From: Zootoca vivipara
Taxonomy: Eukaryota
DNA length: 64,000 bases
Assembly (NCBI RefSeq): GCF_963506605.1
Contig: NC_083277.1
Coordinates: 113,212,001-113,276,000, forward strand
Direction of reading: 5' to 3'
Position 1 is the first letter of the stretch, and the number at the start of each line of letters is the position of its first letter. Below, in pieces: positions 1 to 12,220 of the stretch. The notes beneath the pieces were generated by a model. That model was not told the DNA's origin. It searched no databases and worked only from the letters and a program-made list of their open reading frames with translations. A program made the translations under genes and the position numbers.

Positions 1-1242
1 CAGCTGGGATTTGGGGTTTGACAATGATAATAAAAAAAATCTGGAAATATATATGGGCAGGAACCCCTCCTGAGTTTGGGAGATCTAAAGATATCGCTCT
101 GTTCAAGTCAAGTCCCATTAAGATAGAATACCATGACTCTCCTCATATGGAATTCAGTCTCGTCTGGCCCAGTTTAGTCAGTTATGACCCCTGGGCATGG
201 ACAAAGAGTTCTTATAGCAGGGTCCCGCTATGGGGTAATAGGAAGGGTATCTGAATTGCTGCTTACTGGAGTTCCATTACCTCTCCCTCTTTCCACAAGC
301 CCACGACTCCATCTTTTAAATGCATTGATCAAAAAGTTCCATTTTATTCCAATTGAAAATTGTTCTCTTTAGGATGGAATATGCCAGTTCACGGGATTTA
401 ACTATGCTGTGTTTAGCTAGAGTAGATCGTGCCCCTGCCCCCCCCCTTTTTAACAGGCAAGACCAATTGATTTTCAAATAGTATGCTTTTGGACCCCCTT
501 AACCTAAGCAACTGAATCTACTATTGATATAACCCAAAAGCAATTGATTGCAGACCCAACCTAAACGTGGTGACTTAAGAGCAAGCCAATAAGCCTAAAT
601 ATACTTCCATGGGATGAAGTTGCGATGTGGTCAGTGCAAGGCGCTCAGGCGGTACAGCAGTTGATTTCGCAACCCCTTTAAGCCTAGATATTGAGATAGC
701 GACGCCATTTTGTCTTCAGTTTCCACTAATAAAAAACAATTTTTTAGCTTAGCTGGCCTGTACATCGGACTGTGTATCTGCTTAAATCCAACGATTCCAG
801 TTTAACTAAGTTGTGCATATAAGAACTGCTCGTTACTTTCAAGTTACAGACTTGATTGCTTCTTATTGTGAGTTGGTTATTGTTTTCGGCTTGTTCCCTC
901 TTCTTATGTCTGAAAGAAAGCGCTTTATGTCTAAAAACAATGTCAACAGCCAAATAAAGAATTTAAATTGGGAAAGAGAGCAAAATGTATCATTTAAACA
1001 TTTCCCCTCCCCGCAAAATACGAAACTTTTGTAGTTTCTCTGAGCTCCTGATGAAATTTAGTTTTTGATTACTTTATTACATACAGATTATATACCGCTA
1101 GATTGTAGGAAAATACCTCGAAGCGGTTTACAAACGTATTAGATGGCTCTTCTATCCGCCATCCCCTCCAAGTTAATAGGAGGACGTGAGGCAACAGCAC
1201 TAAATGTTGCCCATCAAATCCTGCCCGAGTTCTTGAAGCTGA

Positions 1243-1323
1243 TTTATCCATGTCTACTCAGAAGTAAGACGCACTGAGTTCACTCGGACTCACTCCTAGG
1301 TAAGCGTGTCTATCATTGCAGAC
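1243..1323. repeat. Copy of short (~90 bp) palindromic interspersed repeat family (CTACTCAGAAGTAAG...CCCATTGA core)
   Basis: CATGTCTACTCAGAAGTAAGACGCACTGAGTTCACTCGGACTCACTCCTAGGTAAGCGTGTCTATCATTGCAG is visibly similar to the copies at 12141, 17000, 17230 and 60500. Confidence 0.6.
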
Positions 1324-1462
1324 TCGGGTTTTCTTGTTAAAACTGGTTTCCACTTCATTCTGCAAATTACTTAAAGGGAAGTTAGCCCCCTAAACCCTTT
1401 CAAAATAAATGATCTTTTGAATGATGAACTGGGAGTTCAGACCCATTGACTGAAGGAATAAG

Positions 1463-1551
1463 CAACCCAATTCTATGTGTGCTTACTCGGAAGCAAATCC
1501 CTAGTGATTTCCATGTGGCTCACTCCGAACCATGCACAGGATCGCAGCCTT
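1463..1551. repeat. Diverged copy of the same palindromic interspersed repeat
   Basis: CAATTCTATGTGTGCTTACTCGGAAGCAAATCCC...CATGCACAGGATCGCAGCCT. Confidence 0.5.
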
Positions 1552-4500
1552 AGGCTTTGCATGCTGTGGTGGGTTTCGATTCACGTATCTCCCTTTAATG
1601 TTAACTTCGAGGATACATTTAAAGGCACCCTTACTTCCACCTAAGTATGTTGAAGATCGGGGTGCGACTCCTACCAACTTCACACACTGGCCGGTTGGCA
1701 GATCCAGTCGCTCCTCTTCAGATCTTGTTGAGCACTTTGCTTTGGGTTAAGTTGAGAAGGACACAGGGCGGCATCCCTGGGTCCAGCCCCGTGCAATTGG
1801 AGGGGTGGCAACTCTCTCCATCCTGCTTCACTCAAACCCGAATCGCTATCAGTTCGATCCAGGCTAATTGGAAAGGGGCTTCATTGATCTTTCGGAGTTC
1901 ATAATAACTCGAGATGTTACAGCCAAAAGAGGGCTCTTGGCATCTTCCAGACCATTCAATTGCATCTCCTAGATGGGAATAGGATCTTCTGTGGACCACT
2001 ATATCGCTCTCTCCCCATATTTACTGAATTTAAACACCCACACCCAATAATTTTAAATGTACAGTACATCTGTGATCTGCATAGAAATGTGTTGTGTCTT
2101 GGACTAGCGTCGAGTTTTCTTAGCTTTGGGAGGCCCACTTCATAAAACTCGCTCGGCACCTCTGTATATCCATGTTTATTACCTATACAACAACTTAGGT
2201 GACCCCTTGAGAGTATCTCCCGAAGTGGAGTCTACAAAGGGCTTCAGCAACAGTGTCTTTTAAGGCGCTGCAGAATTGTGTTGCTTTGAATTGTACCAGA
2301 ACTCACCTCACTTCCTGCCGCATCCTAAGTGTCGCAATCCGGAGAAGAGTTGTATGAAAGTGATCAATGGGTGAAACCAGAAACAACTTCATTCTGAGGG
2401 CGTTGAAGTGCGTCCCAGAATCACCAACACCAGGCACACTGGCTGCTGACTTCAAGGGAATATGGGCGTCTAAAGAGTCAATGTACACAAATGGAGAAAC
2501 TTTATAAAAATATTAAAAGTGCTTGGAATAAAGCGTTTGCTCAGGCGAACACACGCACTCTCCTATAGGTATATATGTTTGTCTGTCTCTGTCTCCATCC
2601 ATCTATCCACCCTTCTATCCTTCCACTAATAAAAGAGATACCTTAAGGATCAGGGTTCGAGGAAATCAAAAGATTTCTGCATCATGTTATGGTACCCGCT
2701 TAGGTCCGTTTCCGCCATTACTTTTCTCACGGCTGTATAAAGTTTACTTCCTCTTGTTCTCCTTCCTTCTCTAAACTTTAACAGGCACCTGTGATCGTAA
2801 AGAAGCACTCGTGTCTCTACAACCTTCACCATCTTTGGGGAGACAGAATTGGTGAGGAAGAAGAGGAAGGAGAAAAGATATTGTAAAAAAGTGAAGCCTA
2901 GTCTACGACAAACCTGCCAGTAACATTGACTGCCAGTGCTGTGGGCCTGGAACCTGTTTGTAATCTAATTAATGTACTTGCACCCCAGAATTCTCAACCT
3001 TTTGGGGGTGGGGAGTTAGGAGGCGGGGTTGTCAGTGGATTTCACAGACATGGAAGATGGTCTTGTTTTCCCTCTCCTTCCCATTTTCCCCACCGTTCAC
3101 CTTGTGCTGAGTAAGTTTGTTGGTCGCTGGTGTTGGATGGGAACCCTATAACGTCACTGCTGGGCTAGCCTTGACCGTGACTATGCGGCCTATTTGACCT
3201 TGACATCACGAGGTTCGCGCATAATACTCAACAAGGCTAGAGCCTTGATCTTCCTGCAACAACTCAGGACTTGATCTTCTAGCAGCAACTCGGGGGCTGA
3301 TCTTCTCCAAAGTGTCCCTTGCTTACAGATAAACAAGGTGTCATTTCAAGTCTAGACAGACGGCCTAATGACCAACAATAAAGGCATGAAAAGGAAGCTT
3401 CCCAGGTTTAGCCTTTTCTTTCCTTTGTATTAAGTGCTTTGAGTAGCTTCTTAACTATGGCCTTTTATAGTAAAAATGGCCTCTTTCCGCCATTTTCCCA
3501 TTTCCTACTCATGTATCACTTGCACTTGAAGTTGTTGTTTTTTAAAGTTTTTAAAGTTGCTGTTTTGTACGGAGGGAGGGGAAGCTTGCTCTCACACCAT
3601 GCTATAAGCTGAGGTAAGTTGCTAAGTCGCTGTGCTCTTCATCATATTCCTTCTTTCGTACCCTCAGTCCAGGAAATTACATTTAGAATTATTTTATTAA
3701 TAAAAGAGGATGAGATAGGCACACCATACCAGTGAAGTAAAACGATGTGTTCCATAAATCCATAGATCTATGAGAGAGAGAGAGAGAGAATAAGAGAGAG
3801 GGAGAGAGAGAGTTGCCTTAGATTGCTTTATTTTGTCATCCTTTAACAAAAGTTTGAGAAAACGTTTGGAGATCCAAAGTTTTCTGCTTGGAAGTGAGCC
3901 CAGTTGAGAGCAGTGAGATTTATTTCAATGTATTTGGAATTAAATTGATTTCTCTGCTCCATAAAAGCACATTGCACAACAAGGCAGGACGATATACAGA
4001 TATAGATCAACATCCCTCCAAACAAAGGAAACCCTTATAAGTATTTTTTCTTCGCCTTCCATGGGATATACTTTTGCTTCACTGACGATGCAGGCAGTTG
4101 TTTACATAAATCCAGCAGGAGAATGATAGCCTCTGCTGGCAGTGTTGGGGAAAATGTAGCTGCATCATAAGCATTTAACTCCTCAATGCACAGAGAGACT
4201 CTATAGACGGAACTTCTAATTTGATTTCAAAGTCCATGCAAAACGCTTTTAAATCTAATTTCATGTATGCTTTCCAAAGGATTTACTCTCTCTGCATTTC
4301 TTTTGCTGTAACTATTTCATTCTGTTATTCCCTTCCATCTTTTCTCCCCGTCTGCATTTCATCAGAACTATCCAATTTGATCTATTCAAGCTTTCACACT
4401 CAGATAGCTAAAATAGAATAATTTCCATAAACATTGGTGGTCCTTATCAACTTTTAGAGACCACTTGTAAAGTCCACTCTTAATTAATATATACTGTTAG

Positions 4501-4964
4501 TCTCAAAAAGGACATTTTCAAGGATGGAATGAAATGCATGCGATGTCAGTAGATGGTCTGAGTTGTTGTTTATTTTTTTATTTAAAAAATAATTTTAGTG
4601 ATGAAGCCATTCAATTAAATTAGGACTGCAGGCGGAGTGTGGATTTTTCCTGGTAACATACAAAAGAGAAGTTAAGACTATGTCAATTGGGTGTTAAAAA
4701 GGAAGCGGGGGAAGTAGAAGGCGGTATACTTTTTATGTTAGTGAAAGGAATTTTCCACTAGAAGGTTAAGTTCAATTGTATTTTCTTGCAGCAACTGTCA
4801 GGTCTTCCCAAATCCATTTTCAATGTAATTTTAAACAACATTTTGGGGAATCAGGTATGGGATGGTACTATATGAACTTGCGGGGGTTTTAATAGGGAGA
4901 AGCTTAGGCGGTGGTAAAGAGCTGCTGGAAGCAGAAATCTAAAAATAAGGAAAGGGAGAAGTTG

Positions 4965-5109
4965 NNNNNNNNNNNNNNNNNNNNNNNNNNNNNNNNNNNN
5001 NNNNNNNNNNNNNNNNNNNNNNNNNNNNNNNNNNNNNNNNNNNNNNNNNNNNNNNNNNNNNNNNNNNNNNNNNNNNNNNNNNNNNNNNNNNNNNNNNNNN
5101 NNNNNNNNN
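4965..5109. other. Assembly gap (N run)
   Basis: Run of n. Confidence 1.
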
Positions 5110-8100
5110 CTTAGAATGCTGAAGATAACATTGGAACAAAGCTTTGGAAAGAGTCGATGGGGAAGAGCGAGCTGTCCCCCCGCACCAGTGAGGGTCTTTT
5201 TTCTCTCTGTCTCCCTTTCTCACTCTCTGGCAAGAGCTGGTGTTCTTTCAAGACAGTCATTTGCATAAGATGTAGAGCCCATTTAATACACTAGACAGTG
5301 ACCTTGAACTGGCTCGAGCTCTATCTCGGCTCGGATTCGACTTTCTGTAAGCACCCCATTTTCAAAGGATCGTTAAAGGAGCCTTCCGCCGGTTCTGCAG
5401 AAATACCCAAAATGCCTTTAGATCAAAGACAGGCGCTTCCAAAAACGATGGGGGGAAATTTCGAAACATTTCTCTCCTACCTAACGTTATGCCTTCATGG
5501 TAGATTTCAGGCCTGTTAGTATTAAAAAAAAAAATCTCGATAGCTACTGCTGTTGTTGAATGTCTGTATGTCGGGGGGGTTGGGGGGAGGTCTAGGGTAT
5601 TTGATGTGATAGTATTTTTTTAAAAAAAAATGCGTCGTGCACATAGAAATGCATGAAGCTGGGTCCCTGAATCCCTCAAGAAAGAGTCTGATATGTATAT
5701 TCCCTCCAAAAGAATATATTCCTCCCTTCCTCTTCTAAATTAGTAATATAAATTATTCATGAAGAAGCCTTAGTCGAGTCTTTAGAATGTTTTATTTTAA
5801 GGACCGCAGTAAAGTAATTACATTCTCTTGCTGCAAGTAAACGGGGTGGATTAAAAAAGAAAAGAAAAGACAACAATAACCGTCAGATTATTATTATCGT
5901 CATTATTTTCCCACCGAAATGGGCATCCTTACTGGCAATAAATAGATTATCACAGAAACCTGGAGACTTTAAACACCGTCACCGAGACTCTCTCCCCCTC
6001 CTCCCATTGCCTCTTTTGGACCTCCGACATCATTTATTCCAGTGTGAACCGCTGCAAAGGGTGCAATGAGGAGGGGCGGTGTTTTCAAATAAAATAATAC
6101 TAATAAACCTTTATCATTGTTAAACCGGCCAGAAATATATCAACGTGTCACGCTGTGTACCTGTGAACCTGCTTTCCTGATGTTATGGGCTGCAGACTTG
6201 ACACAGTCAACCGGCTTCTAGTCCACTGAATTCAACCAGAGTTGAAAAGGTCTAGCGGTGGACACGGTTGCAGCCCGCAAATGGAGCCAAACCGAGAGAT
6301 ACCACCAGGTTTTTATTCTTGGGTTTTAAGATGGTTCGAGACTTGCTGCCAACGAGAATAATCTGGGTTTCTCTCACTCTCTCTCTTTATTCTTGTTAGG
6401 GTGGGGCGTTATCTCATAATATATAAACCATACGGTGATATTGGATGGAAAACCTCGGTGCCTCTTCAACTATTGTTATCTCTTCCCCTCGCTGTTAGAG
6501 CGAGTGAAAGAAGGATTAAAATGTCTCCGCGAGGCAAAAGTTAATGTTCCGGTAGCGATAAGAGAACAAAGCCACGAAGACTGCTAGAGAATGTAAGGTA
6601 GAAGATTAAAACAAAGAACGATTATTATTTTTCCCCGCAAAAGAGGTCCAAATTTATACTCGATGCGCTTGCTGGCTGTAAAACGTCAAGAGATATGCAC
6701 TATCTCCTTTTAAAATCAAAGAAGTGCAAAGAACGGCACCTGAATTTTTTAAAATAATAATAATAATAATGTACTAACCTTAAATAATGACGGGTTAACA
6801 GTGTTTAGCCGGATACAAAGCTCTCACATTAAGGTACGTATCTGCCAGAAAAGGATGCCCACTTACACATAGGTGTATGAGGAGCATGTTGGAAGGGAAA
6901 TTTGGGGTATTAGGGAGCTGGCCCTTTAATAGAACTAGGAAAGAAAAGTGTTTATTTGATTAACACGTGATTTCCCCCCTTCCTACATCGCTGGCAGAGC
7001 TAAAGTACGGAGCGTGTCGGGAGAAGGGGGAGTAGCCATTAATGTAAAGGAAGTCCCGGGTAATGTATTCCGAGGGATTTCAATAACACCGGGTTTTTGC
7101 GCATCAATATAGGGGGTAGGTTGCTATTGTTTAAATAAAAATAAAGATAAAGGTATGTAGCCGTCCATTCCTCATGCTGATTTGCTTATATGGGGTAGGG
7201 TGTCGAGGGTTTGGTGCCTTCGACAAGACCTCCGACAAATCAGTTTTTACGTATACATGAGTATTTACGGTAATTTGTCGTCGAATTCTGTAGTCTTGGA
7301 AGTTGGTAGCAGAGAAAATTCCTCCGATCTTCTTTTTTGGGGGGGCGGCATGGGATGCAGGCCCCATAAATATATAACACACACACACCCCTTTCCCGTA
7401 AGATAACCCCTCTTCCCTTTGTTCTCCAAGAAGCTTAGTTCTGATCATTCCTAAATCGGGATTGCCTTTTAAGGTTCCTTTCTCAAAGCGAGATCTCTCC
7501 GACACAGTAGATCGGATTTCTGAAGAGTACGCCCCCAGCAGTCTCTCTTCTAGACATAACCAGTTCTTATTTTCGGGGTCCCCTCCCTCCCGCCTCTAGC
7601 TCAGAGCTTTAGAAAGGACCGATTCGTGCCACTTTGAGTGGGTACTAACTGAAGGTCCGCTAACGCGTCCTCCTCACGGTTATTTCAGGTGAGCGGAGCG
7701 GATAACACGACGCCCACCCCCCGCCAGTTCCCTTTGTTTTAATGTATCTAATTTTCATAAGGGTGATCATTCCTTTTTAAAGCCCTCAGAAATTGACCGT
7801 GGGGATGTTTGCACGCACACACACAGAGAGAGGGGGGGGGACCCACAAATTCACCCTAATTAGGCTGTTGGGTTGCTTTTAAAAAATAAATAAATAAACA
7901 GAATTTGGGGAGGGGGGAGGTGGTGCAGAGGCAGAAGTAACCCGCACTCCGCCCTGTTAAAGGTGGAAATGTTGAAGAGATTTAAAAACTCTTTCGCCCT
8001 ATCATCTGTAAATATGAGCCTGTTGCGGTTAGACTCATTCGTCTCCTTAAAGAGCCTGTAAACTTTATATGACACAATATCTAGTAGTAATTTATTGAGA

Positions 8101-8424
8101 GATATTGTAAATTTCAACTGTTTTAGTTAATAAAGGAACTAATTAATGAGAAAATTGCTTAATTTTGCCAGCTGTTGAAGGGACCCTAAACGCAGCTGGG
8201 GGAGAAGGGTGTCATTTATTTAAAGTAGGGAGGGGGGGAACAATATATATATATATTTTACAGGGCTTTGGGTTTCTCAGGCCAGTGCTTAAAGCCCGTT
8301 GTTTTATTTTATAAAATGTTTTATGATTTTTTAAAAAAGCATATAAAAAACCGAAAGGCAGAACTTAGTGTTTTGTTTTGTCTCAAATTGCTAAAGGTGG
8401 GTGGCACCCTTTCTCCAACGCAAG

Positions 8425-8530
8425 TTGGCGCCCACGTGACCCCTGCGGACCAATAGGGTGGACCTTTAGGTTTAACTATGTTTAATGTCAGATAGCAATA
8501 AACTAGAAGCTCTTGGTCAGGCCCGCGGAA
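8425..8530 (+). promoter_or_regulatory. HOXC12 proximal promoter / 5' leader
   Basis: E-box CACGTG (8433-8438) and CCAAT (8450-8454) lie within ~100 bp of the ATG. Confidence 0.6.
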
Positions 8531-9095
8531 ATGGGCGAACATAATCTCCTTAATCCTGGGTTTGTGGGACCGTTGGTGAACATCCATACGGGAGACACCT
8601 TCTATTTCCCCAATTTCCGAGCCTCCGGAGGACAGCTGCCCGGCTTGCCGTCTCTCTCCTACCCAAGAAGGGACAATGTCTGTTCTTTGCCCTGGGCATC
8701 CTCAGAACCCTGCAACGGATACCCCCAGCCCTATCTCAGCAGCCCCGTGTCCATTAACCCTTCCTTCAGCCGAGCCTGCGACCTAGCTAGAGTGGAAGAG
8801 AGCAAGTGCTACTATAGGGAGGCGTGCTCCGAGAACGCTCCCCTCAAAAGGGAAGAGAGGGTTAGGGACAATGCCTTGATGCCTCTCGAATCGGGGATCC
8901 CCAATGGAATGAGCGGCAGTTTCGGCAAATTTGACTATCCGGCTCCCGAGGCGGTGCCCCACGATCCCCCCTCTTGTCAGTCTTTGGAGTCAGACTCCAG
9001 CTCCTCCTTACTCAATGAAGGCAATAAGGGCGCCACCAGCGAGCCGTCCACAATGGTTTCCCCTATCAACCAAGGAAGCAATCTTTCCGCTGGGG
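8531..9095 (+). CDS. HOXC12: Homeobox C12, coding exon 1 (phase-1 intron follows, donor G|GTAAG at 9096)
   Basis: ATG at 8531 begins [33 protein letters not shown], the characteristic HOXC12 N-terminus. It also contains [21 protein letters not shown]. The exon is 565 nt (phase 1) and splices in frame to exon 2. Confidence 0.97.
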
Positions 9096-9187
9096 GTAAG
9101 AACGTGCGACCAGGAAAAATATATATATATACGTATAAGAAAAGCGAATTTATGCAATGCCTCTTCTTTATTTTATTCTTATTTTGT

Positions 9188-9220
<33 letters not shown>

Positions 9221-10273
9221 TTCTCTCTCTTACGCGCGCGCGCTCTCTCTCTTGCTTGAAAAAGTCTGCTCGCGACTCTTGCTGTTATAAATTCCATGAA
9301 ATTAGCAGCTGGGACTGAAGCATGTCTATTTGTGCCGAGGCCACTAGGGGTAGCACTCAAATGCCTCGTGCTTTATTAGGTGCTGCTTCTTTTAAAAGAA
9401 AAGCCTATAAACATGTAAATATCCCATAAAAGAGATCGCGATGGCCCAGATAGACAGATTTTCATGCCTCTCTTTCTTTCTCTCTCTCTCCCCACCCTCC
9501 TCCCGAATCTGAACAGGCACGCTACATGCAGGACAATTTGCCACTGGGTGCGTGAAGCTTTTGCAACAGAAATGAAATGTAGAGGGGTGTGTGATTGTAT
9601 TTGGAAGATTTCGTAGAAGTCTGACTGCTGGGCTCCGAGGGCTAAACTTCCACGGGTTTTCTGTCCCCGGTGAGATTAGCCACCCTGGGTAAAAACCCAT
9701 TCTAAGGAAGGTATCAAGCTCTGCATTTAAAAAAAAGAAATACCCTGGTTTTCAAAACCCAATTCTTGCCTTCCCGCCATCCCAGCCCATTCCCATACAA
9801 AAGCGGGAAGGTTCTATAAAGAAAAGTATATATCTCCACGCAATGCCAAAAGAATAATAATAATAAAACCAGCCCAAACAAACTCTCTCTCATAAAGCTT
9901 CCCGTTATGTGCCTGATCCTTTGGTGAGCAAACACTTCCAGGAACAAGAACCGGTTGGTCCTCGTCTCCTGTGAAGTGTCCCTGGCTGCTGGAGACGTTT
10001 CATTCCCTTTGCAGAATCTGGCTTTGGGGCTCTGAAGACAGAGACTTCCTCGTCCTTAAACTTCAGATCTGACATCTCCCAAACCGGATACCTAAGGCAT
10101 GCCAGCCCATCTGGTGCCTTGAGGTCTTACACGGTAACCACAGAGACACTCTAGCATTCATTCTAGCTGATACTTTTGGGCTGTTCGGGATCTGTAAGAG
10201 CCAGCTTAGATTGCTTATTTTTCTGTAAGATAAATAAGCAAAAGTTGCCACCGGTTATAAAAGTCCAGCGGTC

Positions 10274-10276
<3 letters not shown>

Positions 10277-10349
<73 letters not shown>
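10277..10349 (+). repeat. (GA)n microsatellite in the HOXC12 intron
   Basis: Uninterrupted GA run. Confidence 0.95.
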
Positions 10350-10352
<3 letters not shown>

Positions 10353-10724
10353 CCTAACTAGCTTTTATCTCCGGTCTTTCCCTAAATCCTAATAGTTCCG
10401 AAAACCTGCAATGTATGACTTATGTGGTATGCGTGGTGACACAGGAGCCCAGGAGCCTGGAATCTAAAACGCAGATGTAAAGGTCTTCTTCCCACCCATC
10501 CTCCTTTCTCTCGAAGTTAAAGCATCTTTCCTGGATTGGGCATTAGAAACCTGTGTCTCCTATTATTAAAGAACAAGCCATTATATGTGGGTCAAAAAGG
10601 GAGGGGGGAAAGCATTCCCTTTTTTAAAGTGTTACCCGCTCCCCTATTTCTTTTCGTTTCTTTCTTTCTCTTTCTCTCTTCCCCTCCATGTGTTTAAATC
10701 TCCTTTCCATCACGCTGTTCTTAG

Positions 10725-10963
10725 GTGCTCCCTGGTACCCGATGCACACAAGGTCCCGGAAAAAGCGAAAACCCTATTCTAAACTACAGCTAGCGGAGCT
10801 GGAAGGGGAGTTTATGGTCAATGAATTCATTACTCGCCAAAGAAGGAGGGAGCTTTCAGATCGGTTAAACCTGAGTGACCAGCAGGTGAAGATCTGGTTC
10901 CAGAACCGGCGTATGAAAAAGAAAAGACTCCTCCTGAGAGAGCAAGCCCTTTCCTTCTTTTAA
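10725..10963 (+). CDS. HOXC12: Homeobox C12, coding exon 2 (homeodomain)
   Basis: Pyrimidine tract then TTAG| acceptor at 10724. Encodes [79 protein letters not shown]. Joined CDS is 804 nt = 267 aa. Confidence 0.97.
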
Positions 10964-12140
10964 AGTTCAGACAAGTCCGCTATCGGGTAAAAAAAACAGA
11001 GACTCTCCGGCCTCCTTCATCACAACTGGTGGTACCGGGACTCTTACCTGATCTGGTTTGAATAGCCAGTTTAGATTGTTATTATTTTTTCCTTTAAGAC
11101 AAAACAAACCAACAAAAGTCAGTATCCTTAAAAAAGAAAAAGAAAGCCATCAAACAACTGGCGTGTCTACGTTATAAGTGTGTGATTGAGAAAGTATGAG
11201 GGGATGGAATGCTTCTCTTCCACTTCTGGACCTGTTGGGGAAGAACCAAATGTGAATGCGCAGAAAGGAACCCCCCATTCATCAATCAGCGTGGCTTTTC
11301 TAATGTATGGTTCACAAAGATTTGTCAGTCAGTGTTGTTGAGTATGTTCTGAATGTGAGTCTTGAGCCCGACACTCTCGCTCTTATTATCCGTGTGCGAG
11401 CATTCACAGGTAGGGTTTCCCCCTCTAAGCAACAGGGTTCCCTGTTTTGTGTGGGGCAGAGTGAGGGAGGGTCTCGATTGCCTTGGCTTTGGCTTTGTTC
11501 GGTCGGTAACCCGGTCCTCAGCAAGAGAGCATTCCAGGGAGCAAAGATACTGTCCTATATATATCTCGGTTTAGTGTGTTGGGATTTTTCATTCTCTGGA
11601 GTAAAAGCTTAAGTGGATGTGGCATTCACCTTAAATCAACCGTAACCATTCTGATGGAGAATGGCGAGCCAGTGTTTTATGTTTGCCAGGGTTTATTTTC
11701 AGGGCACATTGGGCGGAAAAAAGTTTAGTACCTAGATAGAGGCTTGTAGCGTATCTATCTCGATAATAATAGGGGTGTCCAATATTTGGAACTTCGAGGT
11801 TCAGCTGGCTGCCCCCGTGCTTGGGGGGGGGAAAATATATGGGTGCTTTACTCGGATGCTCTTCTGGGGGAAAGTCGAGCTGAGGATGGAATTTTGTAGA
11901 CATCTACTCCCAAGGCTTTTCCAATGGCAGGCTGTGCCCACACACACGCTTCTGAGGATGCCCACTGTACCTAGACCTAGTGTACCTAGTGGGAATACTT
12001 TCAAGTAAACAACGCCTATGATTGGGCTGCAAAACACCAAAAAAGGGGGGGACCCACCTCGAGTTAATGCAATACCCCATAAAGTGAGAAATGATTTTTC
12101 ATGTTAGGGTATTATAAAAATGCAACCTTTTCAGAGGCTA

Positions 12141-12220
12141 CAGCTGCAATCCTATACTCCTTGGCATGCTGGAGTTTAGCAGAGGGGCTTACTTCAGAGT
12201 AGACCTGTGTAGAATTGCGC
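12141..12220. repeat. Copy of the palindromic interspersed repeat (opposite orientation)
   Basis: GCTGCAATCCTATAC...GGGGCTTACTTCAGAGTAGACCTGTGTAGAATTGC, with a GCAATCCTA/TAGAATTGC terminal inverted repeat. Confidence 0.6.

Noticed and set aside
8513-8530. ORF-track start for HOXC12 at TTG 8513 (MVRPAE...) and read-through to 9259
   Set aside because: The non-ATG start comes from a prokaryotic-style caller. The conserved N-terminus starts at ATG 8531 and the sequence after 9095 is intron with (CT)n.
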